Positions 29,749 through 39,639 of a stretch of 64,000 nt of DNA are shown here, one piece after another (the stretch's first letter is position 1; every line of letters starts with the position of its first letter). The notes below the pieces were generated by a model. The model was not told the origin of the DNA. It did not search any database and was given only the letters and a program-made list of their open reading frames with translations. Made by a program: the position numbers and the translations under genes. This DNA comes from Planctomycetota bacterium (GTDB taxonomy: Bacteria; Planctomycetota; UBA1135; UBA2386): the NCBI GenBank assembly GCA_965228735.1, contig OZ245838.1:3168001-3232000 (forward strand), given 5' to 3'.

Positions 29749-31419
29749 TCAGCGGACGAACGGCACGAAGATCTGGCGCATCGAGCGCAGCTGCTCGAGC
29801 TGCGCCGGCGTCAGCCCGAGGCCGTGCTGCATGTCGCGCATCAGCTGGACCTGCAGGCGTGCGGCCGCGCGGACGCGCTCGATGTGGAACGAGCCGCGAC
29901 GATCCAGGTCGTCCGCCGGGCGACCGAGCCACTCCTGCGGCCAGCTCGAGAGCCAGTTCTGCACGAGCGGCGCGAGCTGCCGCGACTGCGCCTCACTGAG
30001 TTCGAGGTCCGCCGAGAAGCCGGCGGCCGCGCGTTCCCCGAACGCCGCGACGCTGTCGACGTTCACCGCGCGGCCGAACTTGGACCACTGGTAGCCGGAG
30101 CCGAACGGATCCACGCCCACGCGAGCGCCGAGCTCGCCGAACGACAGCACCGCCTCCTGCGCCGGGGACAGCAGCGCCCGCTGCGCCGCGATGCTGCGGT
30201 GTTGCAGCTCCGTTTCGTCGACCGCGCGTTCGAGCATCAAGGTCTGGTCGTCGTAGCTCGCGCGCCGCACGGCGTCCTCGAACGCGTGGCGCTCACCGAG
30301 CTTCTGCATCGCGGCGAGCTGGCTCGCCGCGAGTGGCTCGCCGGCCGCGGCCATCGCGGCGTGCATCAAGTTGGTCATCACGGCCGGGTGATGGATGCGC
30401 GCCGTCATCGTCTCGCCGGGGATGCCGCTCTCGAGCGCGGCACCGATCTGCTCGAACAGCATCCCTTCCCAGCGGTCGGCCGTCGCCCGGAGGTCGACGG
30501 GGACCGGCTCGCCCGCCGCCTCGAGCGCTTCGATCTGCTTCTTGACGTCGAGGTACGAGGAGACCGCCTTGCCGACCGTGCCCCAGTCCACCCCGGCGAG
30601 CACGTCGTCGAACTCCGAACCGGTGGCGACGAACTCGGTCGCGGGCTCGGGCTGACTCTCGTCGTCATCAACCGCCATGACGGTCGGCCCCGCGGGCACC
30701 CGCTCACCGAGCCGGTTCTCGAGTTCGGCGATGCGACGCCGCGCCGCGGCGAGTTCCTCGAGCTGGGCGCTCGCCGCAGTCGGGTCGCCGCTGCCCCCCC
30801 CGTCGCGCAGGACCAACGTTTCGTTCGGAGCCGCGATCGTCTCGCCGCTGCCGAACCAGGTCGCCGCGCCGACCGCGGCCGAGACGGTGATCGCGCCGGC
30901 CACGAAGCCGCCGCCGAGTTGTTTCCACTCCACTTCCTTCACCTCCAGAACGGACCTCGGTGCCAGTGCCAGGTGACCGAGGGACGTCAACGAGACGACC
31001 GTCCGCTCATCGTCGTGAGCGCGGAGCCGGTCGCCAGATGTCAGGGCGAGCACGAACGGTGCGCCCGCGGGATGAGATCGCACCAGCGCGCCGGTGGCCG
31101 GCTCGAGCCGCAGCTCGCCGGCCAGGACCGTGCCAATCACGACGGGGCCGCTCACGACGTGCTCCGCCGACTGTGGCGCGGCGAGTCCGACCCGCTGCCA
31201 CGCGACGAATGCAACGGGCGTGAGCACGCACAGCGCGCCTGCCGCGAGGCCGAGCCAGAGCGAGGCCCGACCCAGCCGCCGTGGCGGTGCGAGCGCGTCT
31301 TGGCGTTCGACCCGCCGCGGGCGGGCGGCCGCGACGATCCGCTCGGTCAGATCTGGCGGCTGCCGGTCCGCGAGTTCGTCGGCGAGCAGGACCTCGAGTG
31401 CCCGATCGATCTCACGCAT
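29749..31419 (-). CDS. Putative membrane-spanning anti-sigma factor
   Basis: Overlaps the ECF gene by 8 nt; short N-terminal segment, TM helix, FecR-like beta segment, coiled coil, helical C-terminus. Confidence 0.6.
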   Translation of the reverse strand: MREIDRALEVLLADELADRQPPDLTERIVAAARPRRVERQDALAPPRRLGRASLWLGLAAGALCVLTPVAFVAWQRVGLAAPQSAEHVVSGPVVIGTVLAGELRLEPATGALVRSHPAGAPFVLALTSGDRLRAHDDERTVVSLTSLGHLALAPRSVLEVKEVEWKQLGGGFVAGAITVSAAVGAATWFGSGETIAAPNETLVLRDGGGSGDPTAASAQLEELAAARRRIAELENRLGERVPAGPTVMAVDDDESQPEPATEFVATGSEFDDVLAGVDWGTVGKAVSSYLDVKKQIEALEAAGEPVPVDLRATADRWEGMLFEQIGAALESGIPGETMTARIHHPAVMTNLMHAAMAAAGEPLAASQLAAMQKLGERHAFEDAVRRASYDDQTLMLERAVDETELQHRSIAAQRALLSPAQEAVLSFGELGARVGVDPFGSGYQWSKFGRAVNVDSVAAFGERAAAGFSADLELSEAQSRQLAPLVQNWLSSWPQEWLGRPADDLDRRGSFHIERVRAAARLQVQLMRDMQHGLGLTPAQLEQLRSMRQIFVPFVR

Positions 31420-31951
31420 CCCGCAACCTCCGTTCGACGCAGATTCGCAGCCGGCGATAGCTCCGCTGCAGCAGACTCTTGACCCCGTGCGACGTCAGCG
31501 CGAGCCGGCGCGCGATGGCGCCGCGCGGCAAACCCTCCGCGAACCGCAGCCGCAGCGCATCGCGGGCCTTGTCCTCGAGCCCGTCGATGCAGGCGTGCAA
31601 CGCGGACCGCACTCCCTGCCCATCGTCGTCGCGCACGAACCAGTCGAACGCCGCGTCCACGGCTTCGAGGTCGACGAGTCGCGCGCGCCGCTCCCGCTCC
31701 TTCGACTTCAAGAACGCGTTGCGCGCGACGCGCCGCAGGTAGGCCGCCGCTGCCCCCGCGCCGAACCGATGCAGCGGCCGATCGTGCACCGCGAGGAACG
31801 TCTCCTGCGTGAGATCATCGGCCTCGTCCGGACAACAGCCGAGAAACCGCAGATAGCGCCAGACCGTCGCCTGGTGCGCGCGGATCAGGCCCTCGAACGC
31901 CGAAGGCGGCGTCACGCGGTCGGGATCCTCGGTTCTCGGAGCTGGGGTCAT
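31412..31951 (-). CDS. ECF RNA polymerase sigma factor
   Basis: VWRYLRFLG, EADDLTQETFL, YLRRVARN, LRLRFAEGL...IARRL...VKSLLQR. Start trimmed to MTPAPR. Confidence 0.9.
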   Translation of the reverse strand: MTPAPRTEDPDRVTPPSAFEGLIRAHQATVWRYLRFLGCCPDEADDLTQETFLAVHDRPLHRFGAGAAAAYLRRVARNAFLKSKERERRARLVDLEAVDAAFDWFVRDDDGQGVRSALHACIDGLEDKARDALRLRFAEGLPRGAIARRLALTSHGVKSLLQRSYRRLRICVERRLRDA

Positions 31952-32077
31952 CGACAACACGAGAATCTCGGACCAGGCCGTCCGGGTGCGCCGAAGTCGG
32001 CGATTTATCGCGGAATTCCGACCGACTGCGCGTGGCCACGGTGGGTTGGTATGGTCCTCGTTCGCGAAGGAACCCCC

Positions 32078-32647
32078 ATGACCGATCTGCTGTCGCTCGA
32101 CCGCTACCTCATCCGCCGCAAGATCCTCAAGGTCTTCGGCGCGAGCTTTCACGTCTACTCCGGCGAGCGCATCGTCGGCTTCTGCGCGCAGAAGGCGTTC
32201 AAGCTCAAGGAGGACATCCGGATCTTCACCGACGAGAGCCAGGGCGAAGCGCTGCTCGAGATCCGCGCGCGGCAGATCATCGACTTCGCCGCGGCCTACG
32301 ACATCATCGATCCACGCGAGGGGCGCAAGGTCGGCGCGGCGCGCCGCCGGGGCTTTCGCTCGATGATCCGCGACTCGTGGGAGATCCTCGACGAGAGCGA
32401 TGCGCCGATCGCGGAGGTCAGGGAGGACAGCACGGGCATGGCGCTGCTGCGGCGGTTCCTTTCGAACCTCATCCCGCAGAGCTTCCACGTGAACGCGGGC
32501 AGCTCGCAGGTGGCCCGCTTCAAGCAGCACTTCAACCCGTTCGTCTATCGCCTCGAGGTCAGCGTCGACAAGAACACCCCGGTCGATCGCCGGCTGATCT
32601 TCGGCGCGGCCGTGCTGCTCGCCGCGATCGAAGGGCGGCAGAACTGA
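32078..32647 (+). CDS. LURP-one/scramblase (tubby-like) family protein
   Basis: AAGGAA RBS; QKAFKLKEDIRIFTDE, ARQIIDFAAAYD, LLAAIEGRQ. Confidence 0.7.
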   Translation: MTDLLSLDRYLIRRKILKVFGASFHVYSGERIVGFCAQKAFKLKEDIRIFTDESQGEALLEIRARQIIDFAAAYDIIDPREGRKVGAARRRGFRSMIRDSWEILDESDAPIAEVREDSTGMALLRRFLSNLIPQSFHVNAGSSQVARFKQHFNPFVYRLEVSVDKNTPVDRRLIFGAAVLLAAIEGRQN

Positions 32648-32655
32648 GCCGCGCC

Positions 32656-32934
32656 GTGGAGCCGACGAACGTTGACGTCGAGTGCGGTTCGTGCGGCCGC
32701 GCGTTCGTCGCGGACGCGAAGTTCGCGGGCGGCTTCACGAACTGCCCGGGGTGCGGCAAGGCGACCGCGGTGCCCGGCCTCGACGATCCGCTGTGGCGCC
32801 TCGCGCAGGTCGGCGGACTCGTGCTCGCGGTGCTCGTCGGGTTCGGCGTCGGCGCGGCCTTCGGCCCAGGCTTCGGGATCGGCGCGGGGCTGCTGGCTGC
32901 CGGGGCGCTCTGGCTCGTGAGTCGCGGCTTCTGA
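32656..32934 (+). CDS. Small zinc-ribbon membrane protein
   Basis: GTG start 8 nt after the previous stop; CGSC...CPGC followed by two hydrophobic helices. Confidence 0.65.
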   Translation: MEPTNVDVECGSCGRAFVADAKFAGGFTNCPGCGKATAVPGLDDPLWRLAQVGGLVLAVLVGFGVGAAFGPGFGIGAGLLAAGALWLVSRGF

Positions 32935-33011
32935 GCGAGGTTGCCCGCGAAGCGGGCAAACTCGCTCAGGACCTCGCCGCGCTCCTGCGGAGCGCCGCTT
33001 CGGTTCTGAGC
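32929..33011. repeat. REP-like double-hairpin element, copy 1
   Basis: CTGAGCGAGGTTGCCCGC-GAA-GCGGGCAAACTCGCTCAG plus a second hairpin; homologous to 58501-58582. Confidence 0.8.
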
Positions 33012-33025
33012 CGCGGCGTCGGGCG

Positions 33026-34204
33026 CTACGGCAACATCACGCGCAGCGCGTTCGAGAACGACATGCCGCCGGGCACGGGCTCGAAACAGGCCTGCTGCGC
33101 GAAGAACGCCGTGCCCGTCCAGGTGCCGGGCGGGATCGCGACGTTGAACGTGAGCGTCGCCGGGCTCGTCGCGCTCGTCAGCCCGTACGCGGGGATCACG
33201 ACGTCGGTGTAGAGCGTGCAACCGCTCGTGCCGAGCAACGGGTCGACGAGGAACGGCAACGCCTGCCCCGAGTAGCTCGTCGTCGAGAACCCGATGATCG
33301 TCACCCCGAGCACGTTCGGCGCGTGATTGCCGGACTCGAGCGCGAGCGTCGTGCCCGGCAGGTTGGCGCCGTTGGCCACGAGTTCGACCGGGCCCGCAGC
33401 GCCGGCGCAGCCGGTGCCGATCGGCAGCGCGAAGCCACCACGGCCGACCTCGATGTTGTCGAGGCCGTAGGTCGCGCCCTCGAAGTGCAGCCACATCGCA
33501 TCCCAGAGCGTCGGGTTGGTCGCGTCCGCGGCCGACTGGTCGAGCGCGAGCGGGACGTCCTGCAGCCCGGCCACGGCGGTGAGGCCGGGCTCGTTGAGCG
33601 TGAGGTTCTGCACGAACACGGAGCCGGCACCCGCGCCGCCGTTGGCGCCCAGGTCCATGAGCACGCGAACGCGCACCCAGTTGCCGCCGCCGATCTGACC
33701 AACGGTGCTGAGCGGCACCTGCACGAACGTCTGGTCCGCGGCATAGAGGCGCAGCTGCACGTTCGACTGCGTGCCGATCGTGAAGCGGACGCCGCGCTCG
33801 CCGGGCTGGTTGCCGCGGATCACCGTGTCGTTGTTGGTGTCGTGCGCGAGCCCGAACGAGCCGCCCCAGAAGCCGACCTGGATGTCGGCCTGGAACATCG
33901 CGTTCGTCTCGACACCGCCGAACGCAGGGTACAGCCAGTTGCTGTCGTTGATACGCGACGCGTCGCAGCCGTAGCCCGGGCCGACCTCCTGGAAGCGCAG
34001 CGACTTGGTGCCGTCGTGCGACAACGTCGCGGTCACGCCGCACCGGTTGGCCGCGTTGAACGTCTGCTCGCTCCAGTTGTCCTGGCCGTCGAGCTGCGTG
34101 AACGGGTGCGGATCCGACCCGTTGAGACCCTCGAAGTCGTAGCGGAACTGGGCGGTGGCGGCGGATGCGAACAGCAGGGCGACGAGGACCGGGGCAGACT
34201 TCAT
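33026..34204 (-). CDS. Secreted hypothetical protein (jelly-roll-like N-domain) with shared C-terminal domain
   Basis: MKSAPVLVALLFASAATA-Q; C-terminus IGTGCAG...SGCTLY...FFAQQ...FSNALRV. Confidence 0.8.
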   Translation of the reverse strand: MKSAPVLVALLFASAATAQFRYDFEGLNGSDPHPFTQLDGQDNWSEQTFNAANRCGVTATLSHDGTKSLRFQEVGPGYGCDASRINDSNWLYPAFGGVETNAMFQADIQVGFWGGSFGLAHDTNNDTVIRGNQPGERGVRFTIGTQSNVQLRLYAADQTFVQVPLSTVGQIGGGNWVRVRVLMDLGANGGAGAGSVFVQNLTLNEPGLTAVAGLQDVPLALDQSAADATNPTLWDAMWLHFEGATYGLDNIEVGRGGFALPIGTGCAGAAGPVELVANGANLPGTTLALESGNHAPNVLGVTIIGFSTTSYSGQALPFLVDPLLGTSGCTLYTDVVIPAYGLTSATSPATLTFNVAIPPGTWTGTAFFAQQACFEPVPGGMSFSNALRVMLP

Positions 34205-34375
34205 GGTGTGGCTCGGGGTGAGAGGGACGTGGACCGCACCACGATAGCCGGTAGCCCCGCGGCCCGGGTCACAACACCGCGAGCGACAGGCCGATGACGC
34301 GAACGCGGCCGCCACACGAGCAGATTCCTCGCGGAATCCGCGTGGCAACGCGCGCGAACCGACGCCTTCCTCGTC

Positions 34376-35350
34376 ATGTCGCACGCATCCAGGGCGCAAC
34401 GCGCTGTTCCGAACCCTCGAACCCAGGGCCCGCTCCCGGCAGGCGGAACCCTGATCACGCTGCTCGCCTCGGCCGCGATCACGGCGGCGGGGTGGATGCT
34501 GTGGCCCGCCAATCCAGGCGAACTCGACCTGCCGCGTGTGGTTGTCGAGGTCCCGTTCACTGGCCCGATCCAGCCAGCGGATGTCGACACGGTGCTTGCC
34601 GGCGACTCCATGAACGCGATCGGGAACGAGCTCGTCAACGTGCAGCAGCGCGTGCAAGCACTCGCCGAACACGACGATCACGGGGTCGCCATGGCGTCGC
34701 CCGGAGAAGCCACGGCAGCCACATTCCGCCGCATCTACCAGCGGGACACGCGCGACGCCGCGCACGACTTCCTGCTCGCAGCCGATGTGCTCAACGTCGA
34801 CGCGATGGTGCGCAATGCGACGTTCAACCCCCGCGATGTCGTCGTCGACGAGCAGGACATCGAACTGCTGCACGAAGTCGCGCGCCTGCACCAGCGACGA
34901 ATTCGGATCGTGCGCGAATCCCGGGCCGCAGCTCAGGCCCACGCCGTCGAGCAGCTCGCTCGCACGGATGGGCTGCATCGCATCGCCGACGCCCGCGAGC
35001 ACCTCTCAGCCGCAGACCGGCAGACGATCGAGGAGCAGGCCAGAGCCATTGCAGACCGCTACAACGTCACGATCGAACGCGCGCGACTCGGACTCGAGAC
35101 GGACCTGCTGGCCGACGCACTGTCTGCCGACGCGTCGTTCTACTTCGGCGGCGAGGCCTACTTCGCGCCGCAAGGGTCCGTGAATCCGGGGCTCCGTCGA
35201 TTCGACGAGTGCCGCGAGTTCCTCGCGATGGAGATGTTCGGCGACGTGCTGGCAGTGTTCCTGCACGCCGGTGCGCTGAGCCGCGGAGAAGCCGTCCAGG
35301 CCTACGAACGTGTGATGGCGCGCGCTGGCAACGGAGCCAGCGGCGGATGA
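34376..35350 (+). CDS. Hypothetical membrane-anchored, mostly helical protein
   Basis: N-terminal TM LITLLASAAITAAGWMLW; co-oriented, ending 33 nt before the Cys-rich pair; no family recognised. Confidence 0.65.
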   Translation: MSHASRAQRAVPNPRTQGPLPAGGTLITLLASAAITAAGWMLWPANPGELDLPRVVVEVPFTGPIQPADVDTVLAGDSMNAIGNELVNVQQRVQALAEHDDHGVAMASPGEATAATFRRIYQRDTRDAAHDFLLAADVLNVDAMVRNATFNPRDVVVDEQDIELLHEVARLHQRRIRIVRESRAAAQAHAVEQLARTDGLHRIADAREHLSAADRQTIEEQARAIADRYNVTIERARLGLETDLLADALSADASFYFGGEAYFAPQGSVNPGLRRFDECREFLAMEMFGDVLAVFLHAGALSRGEAVQAYERVMARAGNGASGG

Positions 35351-35383
35351 TCCACGGCGTCGGCCTCTCGAACCGGAGTTGTC

Positions 35384-35785
35384 ATGAAACAGCTGATTCT
35401 CGGGCTCTGTGCGTCCATCGCGACGCTCACCCTCCTCGCCGCAGTCCCTGATCCGCAGGAACCCGCCAACCCGATCCAGCTGTGTCCCGGCTGTCGCGCG
35501 CTGACCGTCGGCTTGCCGCCGGTCTGCCAGCTCGGCGTCGGCGTCACGCTCGATCGCGACATCACGATCGCCGGCACGTGCGCATGCGTCGGCCCCGAGT
35601 GTCGACAGGCCCGGAACTGCCTCGCGATCCTGCAGGCGACCGTAACGGACCCTACGGGTCCGCAAACGTTCACCGCGAGCGTCAACTCGTGCGGTGGCTC
35701 GCAGCAGATGTTCGTCACCGGCCAGGGCTGCGCGCCCGGCTTCGTGCTCGCGTCCTGCACCGCGTGCGCCGAGAGCTGCCTCTGA
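35384..35785 (+). CDS. Secreted cysteine-rich protein, paralogue 1
   Basis: GGAG RBS, signal peptide, 12 Cys in the mature part, 133 aa. Confidence 0.85.
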   Translation: MKQLILGLCASIATLTLLAAVPDPQEPANPIQLCPGCRALTVGLPPVCQLGVGVTLDRDITIAGTCACVGPECRQARNCLAILQATVTDPTGPQTFTASVNSCGGSQQMFVTGQGCAPGFVLASCTACAESCL

Positions 35786-35801
35786 TCCCAAGGAGTCCAC
35801 A

Positions 35802-36203
35802 ATGCCAAAGCTCATCCTCGGACTGTTCGCGTCGCTCGCGATGCTCCTCCTCATGGCCGCCGTTCAGGATCCGCAAGGACCACACAACCCGGTCCAGATC
35901 TGCGGCGGCTGTTCGGCCTTCTCGGCCGGCTTGCCGCCGATCTGCCCGGCCAACGTCGGGGTCACCGTCGATCGCAAGATCTTCCGACCCGGCGTCTGCG
36001 GCTGCGTCGGCGCGGAATGCCAGCAGGCCCGCAACTGCCTCGCCATCTACCAGATGACCGTGACGGACGCCCAGGGCGCCCACACGTTCACCGCCAGCAC
36101 CAACCAGTGCGGCGGCTACGAGGATGGGAGTCCGACGGGGGAGGGCTGCAGCCCCGGCTTCATCTTCGCGACCTGCACGCCTTGCGCCGAGAGCTGTCTC
36201 TAG
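35802..36203 (+). CDS. Secreted cysteine-rich protein, paralogue 2
   Basis: AAGGAG RBS, start MPKLILGL, 133 aa, aligns to paralogue 1 without gaps. Confidence 0.85.
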   Translation: MPKLILGLFASLAMLLLMAAVQDPQGPHNPVQICGGCSAFSAGLPPICPANVGVTVDRKIFRPGVCGCVGAECQQARNCLAIYQMTVTDAQGAHTFTASTNQCGGYEDGSPTGEGCSPGFIFATCTPCAESCL

Positions 36204-36229
36204 TCGACAGCGAGACGGCACTGACGGAT

Positions 36230-36259
36230 CGTCGAGGTCGTCCACCGACGACCTCGGCG
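36230..36259 (+). terminator. Possible terminator or processing hairpin after the Cys-rich pair
   Basis: CGTCGAGGTCGTC-CACC-GACGACCTCGGCG; no U-tract. Confidence 0.4.
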
Positions 36260-36474
36260 CGCCTGCCTCGGGCCGCCGCACTCGGCGCGGGTATCCCTCG
36301 TGGCTGGTGCGACGGCAGGAGGGCGTTTTCCGGTGCGGGTCCGCCCGCGCTGGACCAAGGCCTGTGGCGTTCCCCCGGCCCCCGCGCCGATCCGCCGCAC
36401 CCGCGAGGAGGCGCCGCAGGAATAGTCCGGGTCAGGCTTGCCCTCGGCCCGCGCGGCGGGACGCTCGCGCTTGC

Positions 36475-38046
36475 ATGACGTCGATCGACGCCGAACTCGA
36501 GTCCTTCCGGGAACTGCAGACCCGGCTCCCCGCGATCTGGGGTGAGGTCCACGCGCAGCCGCGCGAGCCACACTCGTGCGTGATCGTGCCGTCGCTGAGC
36601 TTCGATCAGGAGGAGCTCCAGAAGGTCAAGGGCGTGCCGTTCTACGAGGAGCGGCTCATGTTCATGCTCATGCGGCTGCGACGCCCGGGCGCGCGGCTCA
36701 TGTACATCACGAGCCAGCCCGTCGACGAGGACATCGTCGACTACTACCTGCAGATGCTCGCGGGCATCCCGGCGGTGCACGCGAAGCGCCGGCTCACGAT
36801 GCTGTGCGTGCAGGACGCGAGCCCGCGCGCGCTGACCGAGAAGATCCTCGAACGGCCGCGCGTCGTCGAACGGATCAGGAACTGGATCGGCGATCCGAAC
36901 CGGGCCTACATGAGCTGCTTCGCGACGTCGCCGCTCGAGCGCTCGCTCGCGGTGCGGCTCGGCATTCCGCTCAACGGCGCCGACCCCGAGCTGCTGACCC
37001 TCGGCAGCAAGTCCGGTTCGCGCGAGACGTTTCGCGCCGCCGGCATCGAGCTGCCCGACGGCGTCGAGAACCTGAAGGACGAGGACGAAGCCATCGCCGC
37101 GCTCGACGAGCTGCAGCAGAAGAAACCCGCGCTGCGGCGCGCGGTCGTCAAGCTCAACGCCGGGTTCTCGGGCGAGGGCAACGCGCTGTTCACGTATCCG
37201 ACGCCGATGCCGAACGGCTCCGGACCGCGCCGCGACGCGATCCGCTCGGCGCTCGCGAAGCTCAAGTTCTCGGCACCCGATCACACGCAGTCCGAGTTCT
37301 TCGACAAGTTCGCCGAGATGGGCGGCGTGGTCGAGGAGTTCCTCGAAGCCGAGGAAGTGCACTCCCCGAGCGTGCAGCTGCGCATCACGCCGGCCGGCGA
37401 GCTGCAGATCATCTCGACCCACGACCAGGCGCTCGGCGGTGACTCCGGCCAGGTCTACCTCGGCTGCCGCTTCCCGGCGAACGCCGACTACCGCGCGCTG
37501 ATCACCGAACGCGCCCACTACGTCGGCGAGGTGCTGCGCGACCGCGGCGTGCTCGGCCGCTTCGCGATCGACTTTCTGGTCTGCCGCAGCCCGGGCGAGG
37601 ACTGGCAGTGCGCGGCGATCGAGATCAACCTGCGCATGGGCGGCACGACGTTCCCGTTCATCGCCCTCGAGTTCCTGACCGGCGGCGCGATCGGCGGCGC
37701 CGGGGACTACCGATCGCGCACCGGCGTGCAGAAGTTCTACTTCGCCACGGACGCGCTCGTGGCGCCGTCGTACCGCGGCCTGCTGCCGCAGGACTTCCTC
37801 GAGATCGTCATCGACCACGGCCTGCACTTCAGCCCGCAGACCGAGACCGGCGTCCTGTTCCACATGATCGGCGCGATGTCCGAGTTCGGGAAGCTCGGCG
37901 TCATCTGCATCGGCAACAGCGCCGCGGAGGCGGACGAGCTGTATGCGCGGACGCGCGGGGTTCTCGACGCCGAAACCTGCGCCGAGCGCGCCGCCGAGGG
38001 CCAGATGCTGTCGATGTTCAACGACTTCCCGGGGCTCTACGAATAG
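36475..38046 (+). CDS. Peptide ligase PGM1-related ATP-grasp protein
   Basis: IVPSLS...FYEERL, GSKSGSRETF, VVKLNAGFSGEGNA, SPSVQ, STHDQ, YLGCRFPA, GRFAIDF, IEINLRMGGTT. Start trimmed to MTSIDAE. Confidence 0.85.
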   Translation: MTSIDAELESFRELQTRLPAIWGEVHAQPREPHSCVIVPSLSFDQEELQKVKGVPFYEERLMFMLMRLRRPGARLMYITSQPVDEDIVDYYLQMLAGIPAVHAKRRLTMLCVQDASPRALTEKILERPRVVERIRNWIGDPNRAYMSCFATSPLERSLAVRLGIPLNGADPELLTLGSKSGSRETFRAAGIELPDGVENLKDEDEAIAALDELQQKKPALRRAVVKLNAGFSGEGNALFTYPTPMPNGSGPRRDAIRSALAKLKFSAPDHTQSEFFDKFAEMGGVVEEFLEAEEVHSPSVQLRITPAGELQIISTHDQALGGDSGQVYLGCRFPANADYRALITERAHYVGEVLRDRGVLGRFAIDFLVCRSPGEDWQCAAIEINLRMGGTTFPFIALEFLTGGAIGGAGDYRSRTGVQKFYFATDALVAPSYRGLLPQDFLEIVIDHGLHFSPQTETGVLFHMIGAMSEFGKLGVICIGNSAAEADELYARTRGVLDAETCAERAAEGQMLSMFNDFPGLYE

Positions 38047-38047
38047 C

Positions 38048-39634
38048 ATGACGGCCGACCCGCGCTTCGACCGGCGGACCCGGCGAACCGAGGCCGCGGC
38101 CTGGACCGCGTCCTCACGTCGGGGCGTCGTCGCGTGCGCGCACTACCTCGCGGCGGACGCCGGCCAGCAGGCGCTGCAGAACGGTGGTTCGGCAGTGGAC
38201 GCCGCGATCGCCGCGGCACTGGCGCTCAACGTGTGCGAACCCGCCGCGTCCGGACTCGGCGGCATGGCCATGGCGCTGGTCCAGGCCACCGATCAGACCG
38301 CGGCAGCGTGCTTCGCGGGGCCGTGCGTCGCGCCGGCCGCCGCGACCCCGGAGCGCGTCGCCGAGGCCAACCGCAACCGCGGCCATCGGGCCGTCGCCGT
38401 GCCGGGTGCACCGGCGGTGTGGGCCGCGTTGCACCGACGCTTCGGCCGCCTGCCGTTCCGCGAGCTCGTCGGGCCGGCAGTCGAGATCGCCAGAGCCGGC
38501 TTCCCGCTCACGAACCTGCAGCGCGAGCTCGTCACGACCTACAAGGGCCCGCTGCGCCGCCGCCCGATCGGCGCGCTGTTCTTCGCGCCCGACGGGACGG
38601 CGCTCCCGGCCGGCACCCTCGTGCGCCAGCCCGCGCTCGCGCGCACCCTCGAGCACCTCGGCACGGCCGGGCCGATGGACGTCTACCGCGGCGAGATCGC
38701 GCGGATGATCGTCGCCGACATGGAGCAGAACGGCGGCTTCGTCGCGGCAACGGACCTCGAGCAGGTCACGGAACCCGAGCCGACCGACCCGATCACCGCA
38801 CCACTCGGCGCGGCGCGCGTGTTCACGGTCGGACCACCAGCCGGCGGCCTCGCGCTCGCGCAGCTCTGCGCGATGGCGACCGCGTGCGACCACGCGCTCG
38901 ACGTGCGCGACCCTCGCGACCTGGACCTGGTCGCGGAGATGATTCGGCGCGTGCGGCGGGACCGGCAGCGCTACCGCCTCGAGATCGGCGGTCGCGAGCT
39001 CGGACAGGCCAGAGAGCTCCTCGAGCCCGAGTTCGTGCAGGCCGCGTTGCAGGAGGTACGGCGCCGGCTGCGGCAGAACCCGGGCGAGACGTCCCACATC
39101 TCGGCGATGGACAACAGCGGCATGACGGTCGCGATGACCGTGTCGATCGAGCGCAGCTTCGGCTCGGCCTGCATGAGCCCCGAGCTCGGCTTCCTCTACA
39201 ACGGCTACCTGCGCGGCTTCAAGGTGCAGAACCGCCGTCATCCGCACTTCCTGCGGCCCGGCGCTCCGGCGCGGTCCAACGCTGCGCCGACGATCGCGCG
39301 CGACGCAAACGGCCGCGTGACGGCCCTCGGTTCCACGGGCTCCGAACGCATGACCTCGGGCATCTTCACGACGCTGCTGCGGTTGCAGTTCGAGGAGCCG
39401 TTCGACGCCGTGGCCGGCCCCCGCATCCACTGCACGCCGAGCGGCGACGTGCTCGCGGAGCTCGAGCGCTGGTCGCCCGAGTGCACGGCTGTGCTGACGG
39501 CGCGCCACGCCGTGACCGACCTCGGGGCATACGCATTCCAGTTCGGCGGTCTGCACCTCGCCACGCGCTCGGGCAACCGGCTGACCGGCGTCGCGGAGCC
39601 GCGGCGGGACGGCGGCGTCGGGGTCGCGGAGTAA
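38048..39634 (+). CDS. ggt: Gamma-glutamyltransferase family Ntn hydrolase (cytoplasmic, divergent active site)
   Basis: GGSAVDAAIA, EPAASGLGG, VAVPG, QPALARTL, nucleophile E-TSHISAMD, FGS, GFLYN, EPRRDG. Confidence 0.85.
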   Translation: MTADPRFDRRTRRTEAAAWTASSRRGVVACAHYLAADAGQQALQNGGSAVDAAIAAALALNVCEPAASGLGGMAMALVQATDQTAAACFAGPCVAPAAATPERVAEANRNRGHRAVAVPGAPAVWAALHRRFGRLPFRELVGPAVEIARAGFPLTNLQRELVTTYKGPLRRRPIGALFFAPDGTALPAGTLVRQPALARTLEHLGTAGPMDVYRGEIARMIVADMEQNGGFVAATDLEQVTEPEPTDPITAPLGAARVFTVGPPAGGLALAQLCAMATACDHALDVRDPRDLDLVAEMIRRVRRDRQRYRLEIGGRELGQARELLEPEFVQAALQEVRRRLRQNPGETSHISAMDNSGMTVAMTVSIERSFGSACMSPELGFLYNGYLRGFKVQNRRHPHFLRPGAPARSNAAPTIARDANGRVTALGSTGSERMTSGIFTTLLRLQFEEPFDAVAGPRIHCTPSGDVLAELERWSPECTAVLTARHAVTDLGAYAFQFGGLHLATRSGNRLTGVAEPRRDGGVGVAE

Positions 39635-39639
39635 TCGCC

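Noticed and set aside
35384..38046. Cys-rich pair as RiPP precursors modified by the PGM1-like ligase
   Set aside because: Not asserted: they carry Sec-type signals, are 133 aa long, are followed by a hairpin and a 271-nt gap, and no radical SAM, YcaO, lanthipeptide enzyme or peptidase-transporter gene is nearby.
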